Source: Candidatus Bathyarchaeota archaeon (lineage in GTDB: Archaea; Thermoproteota; CALKCG01; B24; JAGTQN01). From it: a stretch of 54,755 bases of DNA. Made by a program: the position numbers and the translations under genes. Position 1 is the stretch's first letter, and each line of letters opens with the position of its first letter. The stretch spans positions 1 to 54,755 of the forward strand of contig JAGTQN010000001.1 in NCBI GenBank assembly GCA_018396395.1. The letters are read 5' to 3'. The notes below the pieces were generated by a model. The model ran no database searches and was not told the origin of the DNA. It saw nothing but the letters and a program-made list of their open reading frames with translations. Of this stretch, positions 27,939-36,538 are shown in pieces.

Positions 27939-29924
27939 TTAGAACTCTACAGTAACGCCTGGAGTCTTGAACCACCTTGGTACTACATATGCAGCCATAA
28001 ACACAAATGACATTAGCGCACCACCCATGGCTATGCCTATGAAAAGAGGTAAATATTTTTCGTAGAGTTTCGTTCCTCCGGTCTTGAGCATAGCGAACTT
28101 GGCAAGCCAGACGATTATCGCCATGAACCAAATTCCAGTGTAGTTATACTCAGCTGAAAAACCGATAATGATGCCGATCGGATGGAATGGCCACCACGCA
28201 AAACGGGTCCTAAGGAACCACATAACCCCAGGTAGGAGAAATGCAAGGGCTGCCGTAGACCAGTCGGTTGAGCCCCATCCAGGACCGTGGGGCATCCAGT
28301 TCGCAAGCCCACTTCCGCTCTTCACCATCGCTGCCGCTTCCTGAGGCCCTAAAGCCGTCCAAGGCCAGTTTGTGTACCCTTGGGTCATAGTGCTCCAGTA
28401 CGCTATCGAGAAACCGACGAATATTGAAACAGCGAGAGCACTAAGCGAGGCTACGATGACATCTTTCATATTCGTGCCAGTATCTGATGCAACCCTACAA
28501 GCGACAAGCGTGGCTATGGAGTTGTTGTCCTGCGCATACGAGGCTGTATAAAAGCCGCTCCAGAGCATCTCATTAAGCATTCCAGGTTTCTGGCTTAAGT
28601 TGGCGTAGGCATCGATAAAGCCGTTACTACCCCAGAACAGCTCATTGGCTGGGTAATACCACAGGAAAGTCGTTGTGAAGGCGAAACCTGTTTCAAGAAG
28701 CATGCGTACGATCCCAAGGAACAGGATGAGGTTTAGGATGATGTTTACGAGCATAAATTCGGGACTAGCCCCGAAAGCTACAGGTATCAGCCATTGTAGC
28801 AAAAGGGAAACTACAAACATGAGTAGCAATGTCCTCGTCGTGAAGCCCTGTAGCCGGATTTCCTCCGCAGCTTTCTCAGCAGAAGGCTTGCCTAAAGCAG
28901 CCCTAACTATGTTGATGACATTCCTCCAACCAAAGACTAGCATCCATACACCCAGCGAGAAGAGTCCCCAATATGCAGAAAACTGTCCATAGTAATGTGA
29001 AAGTGGAGCGTACCAAAGGAGCGCACCTCGACCCTTACTAGAGACATCCGGCCAACCAAGAATCCATACGCCTATAGGCGGAATGAGAATTCTCATAATG
29101 AAGTAAGAGAGAAACATTGTCATTAAGATGTCTTGAGGCACAAGGAATAGGAGGGATATCACGATAAGATTGTATCCTGGATAGAAACCCGCATTCGGTA
29201 ATGGCGGGTATATCTGGGTATTGACATCCCAGTTGGGGATTGTAGGGATGATTTGAAGGTTCCAAAGCGTGGGCGGAATGGTATAGATGACTCCGATTAT
29301 TAACCCAATCCAGAAGAACTTGTTGAGGATCCTAGGCCTCCCTACCTCCGATACGGGTCGGTCGATCATTGCTAAGGGTATGTGAGCCATTGGAAAGGAA
29401 AGCTTTTCAACATCTATCCATTGGCTCTTCCAAAGCAGGGCAGCGAAATTCAAGGTGAAGACTGCGAAGATCATCGCGAGAGAGGATATGACAACAGTTG
29501 CTGGTGAGTAAAGCAACGGGTTAAGGAAGGGCTTCAGTTGCGGTCCACCACCTCGCGTCATAGCGGCCCAGATCCAGAACTGCGGGCCCCCCATTGCCAA
29601 GTAAGTGGCCGTAAAGGCTGGTGCAAAGGACATCGTAAGTACAATAAGGGCTTCATGGGGGCTAAGTCTATACCTTCGCGGAAGAACTGCTGTAATTGCT
29701 GCGACGAAAAAAAATGGTATAAACGCTTGTAAATTATAAGTCCATTGACCGAAACCACCTTTAGGTGCCCAGAAACCGAAGTCTGATCCAGCAAAGCTGT
29801 GTCCCCAAACGCCGTATGTGGTATTCATAGTCTCAAGAGTCCAGTAAACCGTAAAAATGACCGCCAAAGCCATTCCAATCGCTGTGGCTCGAGGCGTCAG
29901 TCCTCTTGTTATAGCTTCTCCCAT
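27939..29924 (-). CDS. Multi-pass membrane protein, DUF6785/DUF6784-like (distant OPT relative)
   Basis: GLTPRA, QWIDVEKLSFPMA, WWPFHPIG and LPLFIGIAMG motifs; many TMs. Confidence 0.7.
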   Translation of the reverse strand: MGEAITRGLTPRATAIGMALAVIFTVYWTLETMNTTYGVWGHSFAGSDFGFWAPKGGFGQWTYNLQAFIPFFFVAAITAVLPRRYRLSPHEALIVLTMSFAPAFTATYLAMGGPQFWIWAAMTRGGGPQLKPFLNPLLYSPATVVISSLAMIFAVFTLNFAALLWKSQWIDVEKLSFPMAHIPLAMIDRPVSEVGRPRILNKFFWIGLIIGVIYTIPPTLWNLQIIPTIPNWDVNTQIYPPLPNAGFYPGYNLIVISLLFLVPQDILMTMFLSYFIMRILIPPIGVWILGWPDVSSKGRGALLWYAPLSHYYGQFSAYWGLFSLGVWMLVFGWRNVINIVRAALGKPSAEKAAEEIRLQGFTTRTLLLMFVVSLLLQWLIPVAFGASPEFMLVNIILNLILFLGIVRMLLETGFAFTTTFLWYYPANELFWGSNGFIDAYANLSQKPGMLNEMLWSGFYTASYAQDNNSIATLVACRVASDTGTNMKDVIVASLSALAVSIFVGFSIAYWSTMTQGYTNWPWTALGPQEAAAMVKSGSGLANWMPHGPGWGSTDWSTAALAFLLPGVMWFLRTRFAWWPFHPIGIIIGFSAEYNYTGIWFMAIIVWLAKFAMLKTGGTKLYEKYLPLFIGIAMGGALMSFVFMAAYVVPRWFKTPGVTVEF

Positions 29925-29954
29925 TTTTCATCAAATAAAGTTAAACTTATGTAA

Positions 29955-29969
29955 CTTAAAAGTTTTGCG
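29955..29969 (-). promoter_or_regulatory. Putative BRE/TATA promoter of the DUF6785-like gene, bracketed by an inverted repeat
   Basis: Minus strand reads CGCAAAACTTTTAAG; TTATGTAA (29947-29954) and TTACATAA (29972-29979) flank it. Confidence 0.5.
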
Positions 29970-30142
29970 GTTTACATAAACTGTACTGTAACCTTAAGCT
30001 GTAGAATGAATTTATTCATAAACCTCTTTAACATTAGTAGTATGCAATCGGCGAGAAGAAGAGATAGCTAAAACACAAGAATAGTCCACAAAGCACAAGT
30101 TTTTACATGATGGATAGATATTTTCTAAAGGCATCCATCCTT

Positions 30143-32782
30143 TTAGAATTCAAGTAAGACCTCTGCATAACCGTGAAACGGCTCAATCCTAACTGTCTCG
30201 GTATTAGCATCGTAAACACCGCCTTTTACTTTGTTCGCCTTTCTGCCTTGTGGATGAGGCAGACGAAGTTCTAAGCATTTCGGCTTCCTGTCCGAGAGGC
30301 ATTTCACTTTCGATTCAATCCTGCATTGTTCCAATTTTGATTCTACCTTCAACGATACTTCTCCAAAATAGCTGGCAACTCTGTTTAGTTCTATAGATGT
30401 GCCGTTTTCCATCCAAGATCTGGGGATCCCTGGGAGCAGCTTAAGAGTTTGACCTTGCTCCATCCAGAGCATCCATCGCGTTTGCATAAGGAACCAGCCT
30501 TCTTCATGTGTTTTGTGGGAGCTTCCAACACCCGGATAATGTTCCCAGAAAGTGTAGGTCTCTCGGTCAGCTAGGCTTGCGAAACCATTATAATAAGCCT
30601 TAAGAAACGGCTTAATCTCCCCTCGCCGAAGATGAACCTGTGGGTGACAGCTATAATAAGGTTGGCTAAAAGCCACATTACGCATATACATCAACTCTGT
30701 ATAGTAGCTCACAAGGAAATCGGCGATTCGTTCACTCGGATCTAAGACTTCGTGAAAAATAAGGTGGAGTGGTCCAAGCAAAGAGTCTCTAGCTAAGAAA
30801 GTAAGGTGGGTAAACCATCTGCCTTTTTCCGCGTAAAGCGAGACGGGGCCGCGTGCTTCGGCCCAAGGTGGAGCAGTTGGGCACCATGTTCCGTCACTAA
30901 GCGGAACAACCGGTGAGTTTGCCACAGCCTCAAACAAAGCCTCACGAATATCCTTTTTCCAATCTTCAGCCTCTCTGGCAAGCCTCTCTGATTGAGCAGG
31001 ATCCACTTTAGAGAGCATCTCCGAAGCACGGCTTAAACCAAGATATGCGTATCCGTTCAGCATAAACTGGTGGTAGGGGTCTTGCGGATCGGCGACTTTT
31101 CCTTCGATCATGCCGTAGCCTTTACCGCGTAACTCCTCCCTCTTGTTACGGTTACGCCATTCTAAAAGACGCTCACAAGCCTTAAGCAGTTTCGGCTTGA
31201 TCTGTTGAACCCAGTTGTCGTCATGTGTGTAGCGGTAATGCTCACCCATAACCCATAATGCTGCTCCCGTTTCCAGCATGTATCCATCGAAGTTCTGGAT
31301 AAATCCGTCTTCATGTTGCTTATCAAGAAAATACGTCAAAGAACGCCTAGCCAGACTATGCCAACCCATGGAGTCCATGAACTGAATGATTGGTGAACTC
31401 TCTGAGCCGATCGGACAGTATACCCCAATGGTAGCCGCAACGGTGCCGAATGGTTCAAGACCATACGCAACGAGATCTAAATGAAGCAAGCCCGCCTGCA
31501 TCATCTCTTCAATCCGTTTTTCAGGTAGTTTCACCTTAGCAGCGGACTCCAGCTTCTCTTTCCAAAATTCGCGGCATTCGGCGTGAAGCATTGTAAAGTC
31601 TCGCTTTCTCAGTCGCTTAGCCCTTTCTCTGGAGATGGGACGATGGGGAAGAAAGAACTCGAATGAGGCTGTTTCCCCAGGTTTAAGCAGAACAGCTAAC
31701 TCCTCCTGAGGCATTGGTTTCCCGTTTAATTTTGAGATGCAAAAGACCTGTCCACTTTCAAAAACTCCGAATCCGTCCTTTCCATCATACGACCATCTCA
31801 AAGCCTTTTTTGAACTAGGAAAAACGTTTTTAAACCATGCATAGCGAGGTACATAAGCAGAATTCACCGCTTCGGTTCTAAAGCAGAGCACGGTCTCTTC
31901 TTCGCAGCTCATCTCTTCAGGCAGAAGCGATTGGAATTCTCGTTCTTGCTCTTTCGTGAAAATATGGCCGTATCCATAGCCGTCAGCAACCAAGAAGTGC
32001 GTGCCCCGCAGCGACTTAGTTGTAAGCTTGGTTGATTCAAGCGTAACAAATACAGTGGAGTTATAGATTACATCATCATCGACGAGTACTCCGTGTAGAA
32101 TCGGTAGCACACCTTCTTCCAGATGCCGAGACATCCTTTCGGCACAGCCTATTCCGCGGCCGATAAAAAAGTTGTATCGGACGGGGTTGTTGTCAGCCTC
32201 TGGAAGTGGAACTGGGTAGCCATGGAATCGTGGCTGAATCCAATCCCAAACTTCCTGTCCAATCCGAAAACTAAACTCGAAGATTCGAATGTCTCTACTA
32301 AGTCCCAGCCAAGTTGGGCAGTGGAGTTCTCGAGTATTCGCCGCAGCCGATGCGTAACTTTCTTCCGGCTCGCTTTCTATACGCTGAAGTTTCGTTTGTA
32401 GTCCGCGGCTACGAATCTCTTCAGCGATCTGCTCATAGGAACGTTCATCATCTGCCTCAGTCACAACTATCCCGTATTCTGGGATGATGATGGGATATTC
32501 CTTACTGACATCTCTGAGAAAGAAACTAAACGGATTGATAGCTGTGTGAACAGTAATTAATGTTGTCTCTGATCCCAAACTGCAACCAGACTCATCAACA
32601 GTAATCTCCAGCCTGCAAGATCCATGGAATGCGAAAGAGAATTCGTCATCTACGACTTCACCTTTACCCTTCTTAATGAGCACCTCCTTCAGTCTACCAT
32701 TAACTACTTTTATTCGGCCTGTTGGTTTGCCATTCTTCCATTCTATAGCTATGCTCCTGCCCATAATAGGCACTTCTCCCAT
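30143..32782 (-). CDS. Uncharacterised (alpha/alpha)6-barrel glycoside hydrolase-like protein
   Basis: ETGAALWVMGEHYRYTHD, NGYAYLGL, TFWEH and LKLLPGIPRSW resemble six-hairpin glycosidases; no signal peptide. Confidence 0.6.
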   Translation of the reverse strand: MGEVPIMGRSIAIEWKNGKPTGRIKVVNGRLKEVLIKKGKGEVVDDEFSFAFHGSCRLEITVDESGCSLGSETTLITVHTAINPFSFFLRDVSKEYPIIIPEYGIVVTEADDERSYEQIAEEIRSRGLQTKLQRIESEPEESYASAAANTRELHCPTWLGLSRDIRIFEFSFRIGQEVWDWIQPRFHGYPVPLPEADNNPVRYNFFIGRGIGCAERMSRHLEEGVLPILHGVLVDDDVIYNSTVFVTLESTKLTTKSLRGTHFLVADGYGYGHIFTKEQEREFQSLLPEEMSCEEETVLCFRTEAVNSAYVPRYAWFKNVFPSSKKALRWSYDGKDGFGVFESGQVFCISKLNGKPMPQEELAVLLKPGETASFEFFLPHRPISRERAKRLRKRDFTMLHAECREFWKEKLESAAKVKLPEKRIEEMMQAGLLHLDLVAYGLEPFGTVAATIGVYCPIGSESSPIIQFMDSMGWHSLARRSLTYFLDKQHEDGFIQNFDGYMLETGAALWVMGEHYRYTHDDNWVQQIKPKLLKACERLLEWRNRNKREELRGKGYGMIEGKVADPQDPYHQFMLNGYAYLGLSRASEMLSKVDPAQSERLAREAEDWKKDIREALFEAVANSPVVPLSDGTWCPTAPPWAEARGPVSLYAEKGRWFTHLTFLARDSLLGPLHLIFHEVLDPSERIADFLVSYYTELMYMRNVAFSQPYYSCHPQVHLRRGEIKPFLKAYYNGFASLADRETYTFWEHYPGVGSSHKTHEEGWFLMQTRWMLWMEQGQTLKLLPGIPRSWMENGTSIELNRVASYFGEVSLKVESKLEQCRIESKVKCLSDRKPKCLELRLPHPQGRKANKVKGGVYDANTETVRIEPFHGYAEVLLEF

Positions 32783-32981
32783 TCTCTAGTCTAGGATCTC
32801 TCCAGTTGATCTCGGATTCGAAACGCATTCAATCTAAGCCACCAGTCTTCGTAGAAGACTTTAAAATGTTTCCCTGCTTTGTGGATTAATATAAATTAAA
32901 TTGTACGACCCATGATCTTCCTTATCTACTGACTGAAGGGTTGTTCTTATATGACATGTCCTCGGCGAAGAATTTGAAAAA

Positions 32982-34982
32982 CTACGAATACTCCAAAGAG
33001 ATCTTGCTTACGATACCTTCTAACCCAAACTTGTTCACAGGCTTCGCTTGAAGCGTATTAATACCCTTGCGAAGGGTCCAAAGGAAACTAGAAGGCATTT
33101 CCACCCATTCTTCTTCATTGATCTTCACAAAGAACTTGTCAAAGTTCGGGGTGACTGTATCAATTTGTACCTTAAGCTTTCCCGGCTCCGCGTACTGAAG
33201 ATGTAATTCAGCTTGGTTTAAAGTCCATTCGAAGTCCGCATCCCTTGAAGAATATTTTGTGAACCAAGGAAAGGGTTTACTCGGGACTCCTGGCGCCCTT
33301 TCCCACCTTGAGACCTTTTCACTCTCGTACATAAGCCATCCATCATAGTTCCAAGGCAAAAGTCCCTCGCCATCTGCCTCGCAGGGTTCAAGGGAGCTTA
33401 AATGATCATTCCTCATATCCATAATGCCATATCCATTCCACATCATATCAAGCCTTTCCTGTGCGGTCCAGGCCGGGCGATCGGAAACAAGCTTGATTCC
33501 TTCATAGTTCTTGTCCAAGGCTGCTTTATAGGCTTCAAGGCCACTCATAGGAATACCGTTCCTTTCGAAATAGTAGGTGCATTTTCGCCTGTCATCAGGA
33601 TCCCCTGACATGTCTATAAGGACCCATTTCTTGTACTCGTTGGACCAGGCTTCGGCCGTCGCATGGACGGCAAGCATTCTACGTGCTTGTAACCCTACAG
33701 CTAAGCAACACTGGACGAAGGCCGCGCTATAATGGGTGCACATGCCTAAGGCTAGCTTCTTCCTGTCCAATTCCAGTATAAGAAGCCCGTCAGGAGGTGG
33801 ATTATAGTCTATATACCCGAATCTTCCACCCCAGTTGATAGCTGACTTCCAACCATCTTCCCATTGACTCCTTACCCACTCTGCAAGTCTCAGGAACTTC
33901 TCAAACTCTGTCTTAGCCCCTTTCACCACCCAGTCTAGTTGGTATCGTTCTCTAAGAATTTTCAGCCTTGGCTCATCATAAGGCTGGTAAGCGAAGGAAT
34001 AGGAGCTTCGAACAATCTTCTCGTTTCTGAACTCTCGTATCTTTATTCTTTCCTCATCTAAGCTTTCTTCTAAGGAAAGCTCAGCCGAAAGCGTGAGGCT
34101 GTAGAGCTCGGGTGTAGCCCTCGGATCGCATGTGGTCAGGGCAACCCTCCACTGCAGATAATGGTGGGAGGGATCTCTGAAATGGGGGCCCTTCACCAAG
34201 GCTTCTGGAGACATCCAATGCGTCCATGTTTTTGGCGAGTAGGAGGGCGTAGAACCGATCCTCGACTCGACCTCTATCGCTGTCCCTTCAGGTTCAATGC
34301 CCTCGTAGTTTATCCACAGACTTTCTAGACAAACCTTGGGGGCTATGGGACCTGACGTTGTTGAGGAGGCTACATCGATAAAGGGAGAGGTAACGTATCC
34401 CTTAGGTGGATACGCTTCGATCTTAAGCCTTATCAAGTATTCTCCATCGCAGGAGTTGTTGATTCCCATGTTATCGTAATTCCAAGTCTTGCCGCCATCG
34501 GCGCTCTTTGCGCTTCTATTTGGCTGTCTCGAATTTTCGATCCAGAACGTGTAGCCAAGGCTTCCCTCGGAGTGGAAGACGAACTCGTTCAGACCTTTCC
34601 TTAAATATTCGACTGGAAAAGGAATCTCCGTCCACTGCGTATCATAATTGAACCATTCTCTCCTAAACCTGTAGGACGCGGCTTCTCGTCCGTTAACCTC
34701 TAAAATGAGTGGCTCCTCTTCCCTAGCACTTATGAAGGGAATAACCTCTGCAGAGAAGACATTCGGGTTGTCTATTAAGAACTCTTTCTTAATCCAAACA
34801 TCTCCTTGGACTTGCTCCTTGGTTTTTCTACCGATTCTACCAATTTCATCGGCAAGAAGGATTCGTCTCCTCAATTTCAAGGCTCCAGAATTCGTTAGAT
34901 CAATTTTATAGTCCCTGAAGACTTCATCAAAGTCGTCGTATCCTTTCCAGGTTCTTGAGACCATAATCCTTTTCAATCGCAT
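32982..34982 (-). CDS. Transglutaminase-like domain protein
   Basis: Cys-His-Asp triad in GMCTHYS...HATAEAW...WVLID; Asp-box-like SADGGKTW upstream. Confidence 0.8.
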   Translation of the reverse strand: MRLKRIMVSRTWKGYDDFDEVFRDYKIDLTNSGALKLRRRILLADEIGRIGRKTKEQVQGDVWIKKEFLIDNPNVFSAEVIPFISAREEEPLILEVNGREAASYRFRREWFNYDTQWTEIPFPVEYLRKGLNEFVFHSEGSLGYTFWIENSRQPNRSAKSADGGKTWNYDNMGINNSCDGEYLIRLKIEAYPPKGYVTSPFIDVASSTTSGPIAPKVCLESLWINYEGIEPEGTAIEVESRIGSTPSYSPKTWTHWMSPEALVKGPHFRDPSHHYLQWRVALTTCDPRATPELYSLTLSAELSLEESLDEERIKIREFRNEKIVRSSYSFAYQPYDEPRLKILRERYQLDWVVKGAKTEFEKFLRLAEWVRSQWEDGWKSAINWGGRFGYIDYNPPPDGLLILELDRKKLALGMCTHYSAAFVQCCLAVGLQARRMLAVHATAEAWSNEYKKWVLIDMSGDPDDRRKCTYYFERNGIPMSGLEAYKAALDKNYEGIKLVSDRPAWTAQERLDMMWNGYGIMDMRNDHLSSLEPCEADGEGLLPWNYDGWLMYESEKVSRWERAPGVPSKPFPWFTKYSSRDADFEWTLNQAELHLQYAEPGKLKVQIDTVTPNFDKFFVKINEEEWVEMPSSFLWTLRKGINTLQAKPVNKFGLEGIVSKISLEYS

Positions 34983-35031
34983 CTACCCCCTCGCATCATA
35001 ATTTCTGGATTCTCGAGATTGGACAGGGTTA

Positions 35032-36282
35032 CTACCAAGGAGTCTCGTACCGGAACTCGGCTGGCTCTATCTTGCAGGGATAGGTTGGGCCTGGCTCTGA
35101 TAGGGCTATCATATACCTTTTCTCCCCAGGAACATATACGCCGCTAAAGAGAGTTACTAAGCGGTAGAAAGAAGGCATTCTGTCCAAGTGCTTGCAGATG
35201 GGCGATGGAAGCGTATGGTCCCTAAGGATCTTCCACATGGAATCTACTGTAAGCTCGAGTTTCTCGTCTTCCGTCAGCCTTCTGAGGTTAAGCCACCTTT
35301 GGTAATGAAATTTGTATTGCTCTGACGAATTGTCTAGGAGGTGCCGCGTTTCTGGATGGACAGCTACCCCATCAGTTGTGAAGATCGTATCGCCCTTTGG
35401 TCTGAGAATGCCTATATGCCTCCAAGACTTCTCTACTACGGCTGCATCTCCCTTGGCGTCAACAAGGGCTATGTTAGAACAACGACGTGTGAACATGTTG
35501 TATCGCTTAAACATCTCCAACGCCTCTCCCACGGTCGCACAGTACCGCATCACAAGATCCCCTACATCTACGGGAAAAAGTTCGTCGGGTTCTCCCTCCC
35601 CCGGATAATCGATACTGCTTCCCCACATGATGAGCCCCTTCTCATTCCCGATGGGGCCGGTACTGTAACCTAGGGATGGGGGTCTTAGGACGATCGTCGG
35701 GAAACAACCTTCGTAGCTCATCTTCGGTATCCAGTCAATCGAATCGTCTGTATTCCGCCCTATGATAGGGCCAATGTCTGTCTTCCTAAAGATGACGGTC
35801 GTACAGCCTGGAGCTACACAATCCAACCACTTTGCATGACCTTTCAGGAGCTGATAGACATCATACCAGAAACGGTAGAAAACTATGTCTTGAAAGGATA
35901 GATCCGCGCCCTCGGCCATACCCTTCATCTCATCCTGGATATACTCCTTCATACCCTTTAGCTCAGGGTATTTGTTTAGGTCGGGGACAGCATTGATCCT
36001 CTTCTCATAGGCTTGCTCAGCATGCCTATAAAGATCCTCTTGGGTCCATTTATCCAATGTCCGAATTGCCTCTAGTGGTAGCTTCCACATCTCTCTGGCA
36101 AACCTCCTCCAGTTTTCGATTTTTCCATAGAGGTCAAGGAAGCTTACAATAGACTCACGGCTAGATTTTCCATAGGTGAGGCCATTCTCATACCCTGACT
36201 CAGAAAGCCTTATGATCTTGATCTTCTTAGTAAGTGTGAACTCAAGTCTCACGTATTCGTTTTCTTGCATAATTTTTTTCAC
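35032..36282 (-). CDS. C45-family Ntn-hydrolase (autoproteolytic acyltransferase/peptidase)
   Basis: EMKGMAEG propeptide, G|CTT cleavage/nucleophile site, GRNTD and NEKGL. Confidence 0.82.
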   Translation of the reverse strand: MKKIMQENEYVRLEFTLTKKIKIIRLSESGYENGLTYGKSSRESIVSFLDLYGKIENWRRFAREMWKLPLEAIRTLDKWTQEDLYRHAEQAYEKRINAVPDLNKYPELKGMKEYIQDEMKGMAEGADLSFQDIVFYRFWYDVYQLLKGHAKWLDCVAPGCTTVIFRKTDIGPIIGRNTDDSIDWIPKMSYEGCFPTIVLRPPSLGYSTGPIGNEKGLIMWGSSIDYPGEGEPDELFPVDVGDLVMRYCATVGEALEMFKRYNMFTRRCSNIALVDAKGDAAVVEKSWRHIGILRPKGDTIFTTDGVAVHPETRHLLDNSSEQYKFHYQRWLNLRRLTEDEKLELTVDSMWKILRDHTLPSPICKHLDRMPSFYRLVTLFSGVYVPGEKRYMIALSEPGPTYPCKIEPAEFRYETPW

Positions 36283-36538
36283 CTTTCTTCAAGGTATTTT
36301 TCTTGGTGGGATTTTAAAGCCTTTCTATGACTTTTTAACCACAGTTTATCGATTATATAGAAGAATTTCATTCACTTCATAGATATTAACATCGCATAAT
36401 CAGAGGGTAAGAACTTTTAGATCCATACGGATCATCATGGTCTCACCATACCTATTTAGGAGCTCCCTTTATAGTTAGCCTTCTTAAGGCTTAAAACTCT
36501 CAACAATATACAGAAGGGACAAATAGAGGCAGACCGAT

